In this document: in pieces, positions 23,846-37,037 of the stretch
Position numbering within the stretch: position 1 is the first letter of the stretch
Layout of the letters: each line of letters begins with the position of its first letter
DNA from: Octopus vulgaris
Taxonomy: Eukaryota
Length of the DNA stretch: 64,000 nt
Assembly (NCBI GenBank): GCA_951406725.2
Contig: OX597817.1
Coordinates: 89,714,001 to 89,778,000 of the forward strand
Direction: 5' to 3'
Translations under genes and position numbers: made by a program
Notes under the pieces: generated by a model
Database searches by the model: none
What the model was told of the DNA's origin: nothing
What the model saw: the letters and a program-made list of their open reading frames with translations, nothing else

Positions 23846-25285
23846 CACACACACACACATATATATATAAAACACGTACGTCATACACATCACACATACA
23901 TGCACCAACATGTATAATACATGTGTATAATGCATATAACATATACTGCGTGAACAGAAACTCGTGTACCATGACACACACGTACAAACTTACACATGTA
24001 TACACACGCAAGCTTGTGTATTACTCGCTCACACGCTTATGGGTACGCACACACAAACCAATATAGCATGAAATACACATTGACATTCGTACACAGATGC
24101 ATACATACATAGACGTACAAATACGCAAACACACAAAAAAATGTACCATCAATACAAATATTCTCACACACACACAAACACACACTCACACACATACACA
24201 CAAACAAACCATGTGTCATTACATATACATGAATATACATGAATATACGCATTTAGGCGAATGCAAACGATGAAACATGTACAATCAATACAGACTTTTG
24301 CACACATACACACGAACACGTACACACGCGCGCGCGCATACATACATACTCACGCACACGCACGCATACACACACACACAAGACAGACGCATCGATGCAT
24401 GTGTATACACATGTATATGTTGTCCTCACATAAATATTTCAATGTACCGTTTCAGAAATTCCGAAATACACACACAATGGAATGTACCACTACAAACATT
24501 TACACATATACACACACATATATCCAACACGCATATACACACGTGCGCACACATAAACAAACATTATGCGCGTATATAAACACATGCACAAACCGAAACA
24601 TGCATACGCATACGCGTACATGCAAATATATATACACACATGCCATACGTTGATGAACTTACACAAGCATACACACATATACACTCACGCACACACACAT
24701 TTATATAATAGAAACACATCCAAGCAATCTGTGTACACACATGAAGACACAGAACGCACTTAGATATGTACATACATAGGCAGACACATACGCACGCGCG
24801 CATATATATTAACGCACAGACACACGTAGATACGCATGGACACACATACACAAACTCATATAAGCACACACACACACACATATACATTCAGAGAGAAACA
24901 AAGAACGAAGGTTTGGCGCGAAGACAGTTCCAGCGCTACCATTCTCAGTAATTTAGATAGACTGTACAGTTGCCATGGTAACTTAAGATGCTTCAGAGAT
25001 CTTTAGTGTCAGCGAATTACCAGTGTATATTGGTGTCTGTATCTTGGCGCGCGCGCGTGTGTGTGTGTGTGAGTGAGTGTGTGTGTGTGCGTATGTGTGT
25101 GTATAGAGCGTGTGTACAGTGTCTGTGTTCAAACATACACACAACATATATGCGTGTGTGTGAGTATGTAGAGTGCGTGTTCAGTGTTTGTGTGTCTGTA
25201 TGCATATATATATATGTATATGTATATATACTGATAGTATATATGGGTATTTTATCCCTTAGTCGGTTACTACAACCACTAACGC

Positions 25286-25324
<39 letters not shown>

Positions 25325-25473
25325 ATATATATATACATATATATACACACACATATATATATATAAACATATATGTATATGTATATACAAACATACACAT
25401 ACATATGTATGAACAGTGGGTGTTCAGTGTTTGTGTCTGTATGCACACATATGTGTATGTATATATGTGTGTG

Positions 25474-25547
<74 letters not shown>

Positions 25548-25631
25548 TTCTATATATATATATACATATACATATATATATCATATATATATATATATAC
25601 ACGTGTGTGTTTTATATATATATATGTTTTG

Positions 25632-25676
<45 letters not shown>

Positions 25677-25697
25677 TATATATATATATACATATAC

Positions 25698-25775
<78 letters not shown>

Positions 25776-26061
25776 GTACATGTGTGTATATATATGATTT
25801 TTGACTTTTTGATTTTTCCAGTTTCAGCTCATGAGCTGTGGCCATGCTGGGGCACCGCCATTTGGTTTGCTACATGATTTGCTATATATATATATATATA
25901 TGGAGAGAGAGAGAGAGAGAGAGGGAGGGAGAGAGAAACAATGTACGCATATATACACACACGTGTGTGTGTGTGTGTGTGTTATATGCGTGAGTATACA
26001 AAACGAAATATATAGATTTAGATAAAGATATGTATATACATACATACTCACACCCACACAC

Positions 26062-26110
<49 letters not shown>

Positions 26111-26245
26111 TATATACAAAACATATCTATATATGTGTATGTACTTATGTATGTTTGTATGTATGTATGTATGTATGTATGTATGTATGTATGTATGTAT
26201 GTATGTATATATGTATGTATATGTATGTATGTGTGTGTGTGTAAT
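23846..26245. repeat. Long degenerate (CA)/(TA)/(TG)/(TATG) microsatellite field
   Basis: Directly visible. Source of the many H/T/Y/I/C/V-rich ORFs. Confidence 0.9.
24969..24982. promoter_or_regulatory. RFX X-box-like palindrome GTTGCCATGGTAAC
   Basis: 13/14 match to the RFX consensus GTTGCCATGGCAAC, within a short unique island. Confidence 0.35.
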
Positions 26246-26763
26246 ATGTATAACTGGTTCTGATAAATGAGTGCTACTAGTTTCTATATACACACAGCGC
26301 TAGGCTGATGGCAATTGGTGTCTGTGTGTTGGCTACGTTGGGGTGTGTAGAGTGATCGTCTGATTGGAAGCAAGTGTCAATTGGCGCGCGCGCGCGCGGC
26401 TGTGTGTGTGTGTAAATTGTCTTGAAGTCTGTATTGTAACTCTGGTGAATGTCAGTGGCGTTGTTAACCAAGTGTTAGTATTTTGATGACGACGTTGGCG
26501 GCGTTTTATTAATGCTGTGTTGGTTTTTATTGATGATGTTGTTGTTGCTGTTATTGTTGCTGTTTAGCTTTAGGCTGACTCTGATTGATCACATTTATGT
26601 TCAATTGTCTTCTGGGCATGAGCATACCGTCATTTTCTCAGGCACAGTGTACCTCACAATGCATTCAAGCAATAGTTCTCAACCGGTGTCCAGACGACTC
26701 TTGGTGGGATCCCTATAAGATTCTGTTCTCAAAATTTACGTATAACAAATTGGTTATACTTCT

Positions 26764-26919
26764 GGCATGGCTGTGTGGTAAGAAGTTTGCTTACCAACAA
26801 CATGGTTCCTGGTTCAACCCCATTACGTGGCACTTTGGACAAGTGTCTTCTAGTATAGCCTCGGACCGACCAAAGCCCTGTGAGTAAATTTGGTTGACGG
26901 AAACTGAAAGAACCCCGTC

Positions 26920-26922
<3 letters not shown>
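26764..26922 (+). mobile_element. CORE-type SINE 5' half
   Basis: tRNA-like head tggctgtgtggtaag...ggttcaacccc, then the core actttggacaagtgtcttct. Confidence 0.75.
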
Positions 26923-26953
<31 letters not shown>

Positions 26954-27124
26954 GACAAGAAATCATTTTTGCCTCTTTTTATGGAGACAATAGGGTTTAA
27001 AGTACTGCAGAAAAGATGTGCTCAAATGAAATTGAGACAGAGACAAAAAAAAAGACACTGATTAGAGAACAAACATCAAATTCGAGTCAACGACTTTATA
27101 TATAACACCACGCTTCCATACATT

Positions 27125-27352
27125 TATTCTTTTACTCTTTTACTTGTTTCAGTCATTTGACTGCTGCCATGCTAGAGCACCACCTTTAGTCGAGCAAATC
27201 GACCCCAGGACTTATTCTGTGGATGCCTAGTACATATTCTATCGGAACTCTTTTGCCGAACCGCTAAGTTACGGGGACGTAAACACACCACTATCGGTTG
27301 TCAAGTGATGTTGGGAGGACAAATACAGACACACAAACATATAGACACATAA

Positions 27353-27399
<47 letters not shown>

Positions 27400-27525
27400 C
27401 GAGCTTCTTTCAGTTGCCGTCTACCAATTCCACTCACAAGGCTTTGGTTGGCCCGAGGCCATAGTAGAAGACACTTGCCCTAGGTGCCACGCATTGGGAA
27501 TGAACCCGGAACAATGTAGTTGGCC
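27125..27525 (-). mobile_element. CORE-type SINE
   Basis: Reverse complement of the family seen at 45511-45946. Confidence 0.8.
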
Positions 27526-27591
27526 TTCAACATATGAAGGAATACATATATAAAAGCACAGAAGGTAAAAAATATATATAAGTTTCTGCTT

Positions 27592-28073
27592 GATGGATAC
27601 CACGTCTTCTGACACCTGCTCAAAAGAGCACCAGGCTGATCATATCACAGAAAAAACTGACATTGTTTGAGGCAGATCCAGGTGATTTCCTTGAACGTTT
27701 CCTAACCCACGATGGGTTTGAGCCAGAGACAAAAAGAGAATCCATGCAGTGAGACTCCTCACCCGCTCGAAAGAAAGCCAAGCTTATTTCCTCTGGAAGG
27801 TGATGGGCTCATTTTTTTCGGATGCAAAAGGCATTGTGTTTATTGATCATATTGCAAAGAGCCACACCATCAATGAAGGGTACTTGCTGAGGCAGTTACA
27901 AAAGTCTATCAACACCAAACTGTGAGGAAAACTGACGAAAGGAGCCTTGTTTCATCATGATAATGCTCCAGCACATAAGGCTTTGGTTTCAATGGTTGCC
28001 GTGTGTGACTGTGGCTTTGAACTGGTTAATCGCCTTGCCTATTCCTCTGCATTGACCCCATCTGATTATCATC
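27592..28073 (+). pseudogene. mariner transposase relic (irritans/Himar1-like)
   Basis: Manual translation across frameshifts: WIPRLLTPAQK...FEPETKRESMQ*...DAKGIVFID...LFHHDNAPAHKA...FELVNRLAYSSALTPSDYH. Confidence 0.85.
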
Positions 28074-28129
28074 AGTGTATGGGCGAGCGCATGTGCATGT
28101 GTGTGTAAGAGCAAGCATGTGTGTGAGTA

Positions 28130-28830
28130 TGGAAGATGGATTGAACAGGCATCTGTATAAATCATTTGGATGACTTTGATTATGTCTTCCACTATTATAG
28201 CCATCCCTATTTGCGGGAGCTACATTAACTTGGACCATATTTTTAGTATTTGTGTTTGCTTGATTCAGCTTCCTATCATTTTGTATCCTGTACTTGCTAA
28301 TGCCTTTATATAATCTTAGGGTGAGCTGAATATTACTTTGTTCGCGGAAAACCTTGATAGATATTTTATTTGGCATTTTTCTCTCCCATTTATTACTGAA
28401 TGTAAAATGATTCGATTTCTTTTATTGTCATACCTTAGATTTTCGTTAGATTTATGATATGATTCGTATATACTAGTATTTAAATTAAGTGTTACATCTA
28501 GAAAATGCACTATGCAATAATTATTTTTAATAGATATAGATAATTCGAAATTTCTAAAAATATTTAAATAATCTTTTCCTATATCCCACCATTTCCACTT
28601 TACAACAATTACCTTTGAAAAAACCGCCGTTCCTTTATAGACCTCCTCCCAGATTAGGAAGCCAGAATTCCATCTGGAAAAGAATGTAAATTCCGACAAG
28701 ATCGGTGACTTGCGCTGAGTCGTTTCATCCCATTGTAATATCATAACTATTCATTCTATCCGATCTCGTTCAAAAATTATCATCAAAATTTATTTTTGTA
28801 CTCTGAGCAGCCAGCATAACTTATATGTAT
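28130..28830 (-). pseudogene. Penelope-like element reverse transcriptase relic (Naiad-type)
   Basis: YDITMG*NDSAQVTDLVGIYIL...GGGL*RNGG (degenerate FDVTMG and GLYRDDG), HFLDVTLNLNTSIYESYHKSNENLRY, and linker LFNPSS. Confidence 0.8.
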
Positions 28831-28845
28831 ATATATCGTAGAAAC

Positions 28846-29532
28846 GTTTATATATTTGTTGTGCAAGATTTTTATGTGAAGTCGTGTGTTGAAACAGATA
28901 TTGTTATATTTCGGAATGGTCATTTTGCCAGTTTAGCCAATAAAAACACACGCACTATATATTTGGTGTTACTTTGCTTCAGTGTTATTTATTTTTTACA
29001 TTAATCTTAATCTTATTTCGGCCAGAGTTTTTTCGTCACACTCCTGTGACCGCATCAGTGGTCCTTTGTTTTCTTCTTTCTTGTGTCTCTCCTTACTAAC
29101 CGTCAGCCGTTTTGTATTTCTCTTGTATGTCTTCATTTGCGCATGCTTATATCTCTATGTGCGTCTATGTTTATTTAGTGTGGGGGGGGATGCCTGTAAT
29201 ATTTGTATCTTCTGTTAGATACAAATATTACAGGCATCCCCTACACACACACACTAAATAAACAGACGCACATAGAGATATAAGCATGCGCAAATGAAGA
29301 CATACAAGAGAAATACAAAACGGCTGACGGTTAGTAAGGAGAGACACAAATAAGAAAGAAGAAAACAAAGGACCACTGATGCGGTCACAGGAGTGTGACG
29401 AAAGAACTCTGGCCGAAATAAGATTAAGATTAATGTAAAAAATAAATAACACTGAAGCAAAGTAACACCAAATATATAGTGCGTGTGTTTTTATTGGCTA
29501 AACTGGCAAAATGACCATTCCGAAATATAACA
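28846..29532. mobile_element. Giant fold-back element (~315-bp arms) with a 13-bp TSD
   Basis: Arms at 28897-29210 and 29217-29537, loop tctgtt, ~50-nt tail at 28846-28896. TSD atatcgtagaaac at 28833-28845 and 29533-29545. Confidence 0.9.
29370..29414 (+). ncRNA. Variant minimal hammerhead (A9C core); mirror copy at 29020-29064 on the minus strand
   Basis: ggacca-CTGATGC-g-gtcaca.ggag.tgtgac-GAAA-gaac-TC-tggcc. Confidence 0.5.
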
Positions 29533-29539
29533 ATATCGT

Positions 29540-29885
29540 AGAAACATTCTATACAAATGCACTGTCAGAATGATGCACACGTATAAGCATATATAGGTGA
29601 AACAGGCGACCATTTCAAGGACCGCTCTAGAAACCATATTGTATCATTTAAGAACATCTGCAGAAAACAATGTGATTTATTCGCTGACCTGATCCGGAAC
29701 CTCAAACAGAAAAGGATGCAATACAACATGACTCGTTCAGTGATACTGATTACATATCTGTACAAAACAAACTCAGAATTATGTAACCAATTCTTGGAAG
29801 AGACACTACGAATCATATTATGCAATGATAACATCATAAATAAGCACTTTGAAATTGTTCAAAAATGTAAATATGGACTTAAAAA
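29540..29885 (+). pseudogene. Penelope-like GIY-YIG endonuclease relic
   Basis: RNILYKCTV.../AYIGETGDHFKDRSRNHIVSFKN...LIRNLKQK...ELCNQFLEETLRII...IINKHFEIVQKCKY. Confidence 0.75.
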
Positions 29886-30015
29886 CTTGATTTTAGAACT
29901 TGGATCAGTCATGATATTCTATCAATAATTTACTTACATATAAATGTATTATTATTATTATTATTATTATTATCATTATTATTATTATCATTATTATTAT
30001 TATTATTATTATTAT

Positions 30016-30059
<44 letters not shown>

Positions 30060-30464
30060 TATTGATGTATCTATGTTTATACTTTATATATATATATATA
30101 TGTATTTATGTATACATACACACACACTATGTAATTTCGTAATAGTTTGTAACTGTATGAAGTTGTATGGTTAAAAGTGAAATTACCATAGAATAGAAGT
30201 ATATATCATTATGTATAAACACATATGCACTTAGGAGGTGTAAGTATAAAATTAATATTTAATATATCTCTTGTGTAGAATTTCTAGTTATTGTTTGAAT
30301 TATTGTACGTCAATTGGCATATAGCGATATGTAGAACTACGTAGGCCTGTATGAAACAAACCTTATAAGTTTACCCCATAGCATAAAATTTCTTTACAGG
30401 TATAAACTCATAGTTCTAAATGAATGGATATAAATAGACAAAAAGTATTATATGTGTGACTTCG

Positions 30465-30678
30465 AGTTTGTGTTTGTCCCCTACCACAACTTGATAACCG
30501 ATGCTGGCTTCTTGATGTCTCCGTAAGTTAGAGGTTTGGAAAGAAAGGGATCGATAGAATAACCAGCAGGCTGAGAAAGAAATAAGTACTGGGATCAATT
30601 TGTTCTACTAAACTCTTCACAGCAATGCTCCAGCATGGCCGCTGTCCTCTGACTGAAACAAGTAAAAGATAAAAGATA
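30465..30678 (+). mobile_element. CORE-type SINE 3' half
   Basis: ...gctccagcatggccgctgtcctctgactgaaacaagtaaaagat. Confidence 0.7.
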
Positions 30679-30704
30679 TATATGTATTTATGTATGTATT
30701 ACTC

Positions 30705-30920
30705 ATTTTCTCTTTTACTTGTTTGTCATTTGACTGTGACCATGTTGGAGCACCGCCTTTAATCGAACAAATCGACCCCAGGACTTATTCTTTGTAATCT
30801 TGGTACTTATTCTATCAGCCTCTTTTGACGAACAGCTAAGTTACAGGGACATAAACACACCAACATCGGTTGTCAAGCGACGGTGGGGGGAACAAACACA
30901 GACACTAAGACAGACACATA

Positions 30921-30959
<39 letters not shown>

Positions 30960-31122
30960 GACGGGCTTCTTTCAGTTTCCGTCTACCAAATCCACTCACA
31001 CGGTTTTGGTCGGCCCGGAGCTATAGTAGAAGACACTTGCTCAAGGTGCCACGCAGTGGGACTGAACACAGAACCGTGTGGTTGAAAAGCAAGCATCTTA
31101 CCACACAGCCACTCCTGCGCCT
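30705..31122 (-). mobile_element. Full-length CORE-type SINE
   Basis: Head rc aggcgcaggagtggctgtgtggtaag, B-box gttcagtccc, internal (TA)n. Confidence 0.85.
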
Positions 31123-31134
31123 AATAATAATAAT

Positions 31135-31350
31135 GGTTTCAAATCATGGCATGGGGCCAGCAATTTCGGCGGAGGTTGGTAAGTCAATTGCATCGACCCC
31201 AGTACTTATCTGCTTCTTACTTTATCGACCTCGAAACGATGGAAGGCAAAATCGACCTTGGCGGAATTTGAATTCAGAACGTAAAGTCGGACGAACACTG
31301 CATAGCATTTTGTCCGGCAGGCTAACGATTCTACTAGCATGCCACCTTAT
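31135..31350 (-). mobile_element. Degenerate Nin/Deu-domain SINE
   Basis: tcgaccttggcggaatttgaattcagaacg. Confidence 0.65.
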
Positions 31351-32419
31351 ATAAACAATAACAACAACAACAACAACAAAACTATATTATATATTACGAT
31401 AATACATTCTATATATTATAATATATTTTATATATTCATATATTTCTTTATACCATCGATACAATACTACGTTTAACACCAACCACGACCATCACATCAT
31501 TATCATCATCATCATCATTATCATTACCACCACAATGATAACCCCTACGTTCATTACCATCACCATCATCAACAACTAACTCCCCACCACCACTATCGCT
31601 ATCACCAAATTTTTGTAACACCTAACCCCTTCGCCAGTGACCTTTGAGTGAATCTTTATGAACCTTTGTGACCTGCAATAATGAGGATTTAACAACTAGA
31701 GTGGTAATATGGTTCTGGCTCTGGAGAGACGGATTCTGGAGAGACGGGAAGGAGAAAACGCTGTCTAGGGACTTGTCTACATCAAATTAGTCTCAAAGTA
31801 GGGGCTACAAAAAGGCTATGTCATTAGCAAAGCGGTTCTCCCACTGGTAAATACCAGACCCCAGCGATATCTATTAATGAAAAGTGGCTGCCCGACCGGC
31901 CTCTTTATTGATTAGATGACAGGACGGAATTTTCGTCCGTGTAATTTTTTTTTTTACCCTTCGCCATGGTGTTGGGTAAGTTAAATATTTAGTCATCTTT
32001 AACAAACAGTAAAGTTGTCCTCCCCATTTTCAGTCCTCACAGCCACCATTATGAGCAACACATCATTAGGGCATCAGCATCCCCCAATCATGTGTTTCTT
32101 TTATCATCACCATTGTCTTAAATACCATCGCTCTCAGCTCAGTCATCATTACCATCACAACCACTACCACCGCAACAGCAGAGGATACTACCACCACTAT
32201 TACAACCACTGTAAAAGTCCTCTTACAATGCGGAATGGCACAGACGGTAATTCTGGGCCGTATGTCATACATTATTGTTGTTGAATCCCAGATCTGCCTT
32301 GAATGATCAATGACGGTCCAAACGTGATCAGTTCATATTTTTGTATATTTAGAACTACATTGTCCAATGTCTCCTCCACTTTATTCTCATGACCATGTTG
32401 GTAGAACTAGTTGAGCATC

Positions 32420-32641
32420 ATCAGTTACAGGCTCATTGTCGAGTCTGTGGCTGTGGAGACTACCGGTATTGTCGGCCCCCGGACCATATCTCTGCTCACC
32501 GTTATCGAGGCAGAGATGGTTGTTCGCAAGTGCGAACCCCGTGTGTCAGAGTGGCTGTTCCAGCGCATCTCCCTCGCCATCCTCTGGGGCAACGCCTTTT
32601 TCATCTTGTCTACCGGGATCGTGAAGTGGTTTGACTTATAG
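32420..32641 (+). pseudogene. C-terminal restriction-like endonuclease region of a CRE-like non-LTR retrotransposon
   Basis: VESVAVETTGIVGPRTISLL...EPRVSEWLFQRISLAILWGNAFFIL matches the P.AVET.G..G...PR...L.QR.S.AI.RGNA..I motif at the end of CRE-clade ORFs. GC-rich relative to the flanks. Confidence 0.75.
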
Positions 32642-33609
32642 GAAATTGCATGTTCCACTCCTTAGTGTAAAGTTATTGAGCACGCTGCTGTATAGCTTAT
32701 AAATACTATAGTCTCCTGGATAGACTATGCCAACACCTTACTATTACATGGCGTCCAATTATAAAAATTGTGACACCATATCTATAGTTAGTCTCACTCA
32801 CTCTGCACATAGTAACACTGGGCCCTTTACAGTTATTTTGGCTGCTGTTGTTGTTTCAGTTGTTATTGTTGTGGCTGATTCTTCTGATTCTGCTGCTGCT
32901 TTTGTTGTTGTTACTGTTGCTATTGTTGTTTTGTCGCTGTTGTTTTTGTTTAGCTCTAGGCCATCCCTCATTGAGCAACATTATGGTCAAAGACATTCCA
33001 TTCATTTCTACCACATCTTTTTCCCTATCTTTAAGGAAGGACATTATCCATTGTGTCCCTCTCTTTTCAAGACGATATGGTGCAATTCAAATGAAATTTG
33101 GCTAGTATTTCTAGCAGGCATACAGATAGCATAAATACTCTCAGATTTTCTGTTTCCCAGTTGCACTTTAGTTCTCTCACACCATCACCACTTGTAAGAA
33201 AAATATTGTTCCCCTCTTCCCGTCACCCCTCAAAGTTAAACAGAAACAGGTTAAAATTCAAGAAATTAATGACAAAACATTATTTCGATAAAACAAAATG
33301 AAATATAATTAATTTTGAATGTTTGATTTAAAATGAAAAGACAAAAATATAAAGAAAATCATGCCATAATTACAACTATTCTTACGAATGTCCATTGAAA
33401 TATTGCAATTTTAATCAGAGCCTTGAGTATTGCAGTGCGACACTAATTGAGAAAATGTAAGAGTAAAACTGGTTAATTTCACTCACAGTTCATACGTGTT
33501 TAAATGTCTTTGGTGGATTCTTTTGCTTTGTTTTCCCCAGCAAAGCCATCACAGCGTTAAAAGTACATTCAACTAAGTTTTCAATTCCATTATTTAAAAA
33601 ATTTTTTTA

Positions 33610-33692
33610 ATCTTTTCCTTGTTTCAGTCATTGGACTACAACCATGTTGGGGCAAACCCTGAAAGGTTTGGACGAACAAATTGACCCCAGCA

Positions 33693-33750
<58 letters not shown>

Positions 33751-34103
33751 TACACATATACATAAAAGTATGTATTTATTTATTTATTTATTAAACCTGG
33801 TACTTTTACTATCGGTCTTTTTTGCCGGATCGCCAGGTTACGGGAACATAAACAAACCAGCATCGATTATCAAGCGATTGTAGGAAACAAACACATACAT
33901 ACATACATACATACATACATACATACATACATACATACATACATACATACATACATACATACATGTACGTACGTATGTACGTATATACAAGCTTCTTTCA
34001 GTTTACGGCTACAAATCCATTCACATGGATCATTGCTCAAGATGCCACGCAGTGAGACTGAACCGAAAAATCATTGTTGGAAAGCAAGTTTCTTAACCAC
34101 ACC
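33610..34103 (-). mobile_element. Degenerate CORE-type SINE with expanded internal microsatellites
   Basis: cttgtttcagtcattggact...gccacgcagtgagactgaacc. Confidence 0.65.
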
Positions 34104-34563
34104 TCGACTCATCTTCGTGTTTGTCCTATAAAGAAATTAGTTTCTAGCTACAAAAAAAAACCCCTCCACTTATGGAATTTAGGTAACAGTAACTGCGAAG
34201 TATTTACTGAATTTAAGAAAAATTCTGCATTTTTTTAGTGGTCTACTAAAACATATAATTTGGATGGAAAGTGTGTGTTAGATGGTGTTATTTTTTTTTT
34301 TTTAAACTCCAGATGTTTTAGATTATCAAACTGACATTCAGCAACGTAACCAAGGACACCTAGAATTACAGGTATAAATTTAAGTTTATAATGCTGGTGG
34401 AGAAACTGCAAGCCATCCAAAATATCCTTTTCCTTACTGGTTTTATAAGAAATGCTTACACCTACAGGCTAGCTGATCTCTTTAACTATAATTAATTTTA
34501 TCATTTCTATACCAAACAACTATATCAGATTTATATGCATTTGGGGAAAGATTTTATAGGAAA

Positions 34564-34949
34564 CTAGCAGTATCGCCCGGCGTTGCTCGGGTTTGTAAGG
34601 GAAATAACTATAAAGCATTTTTAGAGAGTTATAGCCAAAAAAATAGCAAAAAATGGGAAAAAAAATTATGGTAAATTTATTTTTGAGAGTTAAAAAGGTG
34701 GAGTTGCGTCTCCTAGACAGTCTGTGGTTTGTGTTTCTAATTCTCGACCCCATGTCGAATTTATCGATTTTTTTCAGAACTGGGGGAACTTTTCAAAATT
34801 TTCGCTGCGTTAGTTTTGAATTATGACATTGGGCTATGTGTGTGTCAAGTTTCATCAGAATCGGTTGAAAGCCGTGGTCAGGGTGAGGGTACAACCTAAC
34901 AGACACACAGAAACACACACAGACAAACTGCCGTTTATATAGAGAGAGA
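34564..34949 (-). mobile_element. Non-autonomous Helitron, family A'
   Basis: Reverse-complement homolog of 21667-22053. Abuts another Helitron-like 3' hairpin (cccggcgttgcccgg) at 34950-34977. Confidence 0.85.
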
Positions 34950-35404
34950 TTAGCAGAGATACCCGGCGTTGCCCGGCTACATTCAATTGAAGAATTAGAC
35001 TTTTCTGTTATATATACATGGATACACACACACATATATGTATATTAATATAAATACATGAAAGTACATGCTGCCGATTTCTTGTGTAATATTTTTCTCA
35101 GACATGTGATGTAATAAATATTTTTGGTCATATCTTGAGATAATGATTTTACAGCATCCTTTGTTAATCTTTTGTTGAAATTTCTGTTATTGACTTTGGC
35201 GACTAGGGGTGCTTCAGAATATTCTGGGTGGGTACTAATTTAGAATTTCGAAATAAGTGTATCACTGTAAACCTGGAGGTGCACAATTGAATAGTGAGGG
35301 GGCAGTGCCATCTAGTGCACCCCTTAAGCAACGGGCATGAATTGATGTAGTTTACTGCAATGATATTATTGTTAATTTCATCCTTTCGGCGTCGATGAAA
35401 CAAT

Positions 35405-35848
35405 CATCAGTTGAACCCTAGGGTCGATGTAATCGATGAGTTCCCCATCTCTAAAATTTCAAGCCTTGTACCTGTAGTAGAAAGGATTGTTATTATTGTT
35501 GCTAAGGCGGTGAGCGTGCCAAAGAAAGTGCTTAGCGGCATTTCATCCATCTTTATTCGGCTGAGGTCGTCTTTGCCTTTCGTCCTTTCCGGTTCGATAA
35601 AATAAGTACCTTTGAGCACTGGGATAGATGTAATCGACTTGCCTATCCCTTTGTGCTGAAATTTAAAATCATTATTATCATTATTATTGTTATTGTCGTC
35701 ACGTTCTGAGTTCAAATTCTGCCGAGATCACCTTACCTTTCATCCATTCGGAGTCGATAAAATAAGTACCAGTTGAGTATTGGAGTCGATGCAATCGACT
35801 TATCCGCTTTCCACAAATTGCTGGCCTTGTACAAAATTTGAAATCATT
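35405..35848 (+). mobile_element. Cluster of three degenerate Nin/Deu-domain SINE fragments
   Basis: Repeated gtcgataaaataagtacc and gtcgatgtaatcgac motifs. Confidence 0.65.
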
Positions 35849-36182
35849 ATTATTGTTGTTGTTGTTATTTAACCCCAGGTCAACTCTGACTAAACAGACC
35901 TTTGGTAAAAGACATTACAGTCATCACCATTCTATCATTTTTCAAATAAAATATATCTAGGACTCCATTATTCAATTTATGCACTTTGTTTTCCCTCGTT
36001 TAACATGGTAAGGTGTGATTTGATATATATTCAGCTACTATTTCTAGAAAGAGGATCGACCAAATGAGCTGACCATAATGTTTAAGTCGGTTTTTGGATA
36101 GTTGCTGCTGATGCTACCGCTGCTGAAGCCTGTCATTGCTGCTACTCTTGCAACTATTGCTGATGTTGCTGTTATAGTTATT

Positions 36183-36213
<31 letters not shown>

Positions 36214-37037
36214 ATGGGGGTAGGGGGGGTCTTCCTGTGGTGACCGTGGCGTTACTGCTGTCGCTTTAGTTATTGTTGCCTGTCACTGCTGCTGCTATTG
36301 CCGTTGTTGTTGCTGCTTATCTTTTTTTTTCTTTTTTTTCTTTTTGTTGTTGCTGTTAGCTTATTGATAGAAATGATAAATTAGTCTGGTTGATTAATTG
36401 TTTTGCTTTTCTGTTTTTTTTCCGTAGGTGTAAGATTTGTGGTGGAGAAAGAAGTGAAAGATGAACAAGCAAGCAGTCTAGATTGGTTTCGTGAAGCGTC
36501 GAAAGATATTTTAATTTGTTAAACCCAAGCAACGAACAACACATTCTGCTGTCTCGTTACATCTTCTCTTCCTTCCTCTGTCTCCTAAATATAGCTTTCT
36601 GGTTTTCTGGAACATAAAGACACTAACATTAACAAGCTTACAAAGGAGACTCTTCGCAGTTGCTCGAAAAAGCAATCAGATTCCCATAAACCTATTTTAC
36701 TGCTTTAAAAAACACAAGGACACATATAGGTACTAGGTACACAAAATTATGAGATAGAGCTAAAGCGCATTTCATCATGGGTCTGCTCAAGACATAAGTC
36801 TCATCTCAACTGCAACGTAGATCAGGCTATATGTTTATAAAGGTAGCGTTGTACTACAAAGTTTCTTGTTCATCCCTACTCCGTCGCACCTTAGGCAAGT
36901 ATTATTCTATCCTAGCCTCAGGTTAGCCACAGAATTATAAATGAAATTCATCGTTGCGCTAGGCTTCGGAAAAAAATAACTTTTCATCACGTTGTAATTA
37001 ATACTATCTGTTCAAGTGAAATGGAGTGTTAATATTC

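Noticed and set aside
24988-25877. 269-aa ORF and overlapping ORFs
   Set aside because: Microsatellite artefacts.
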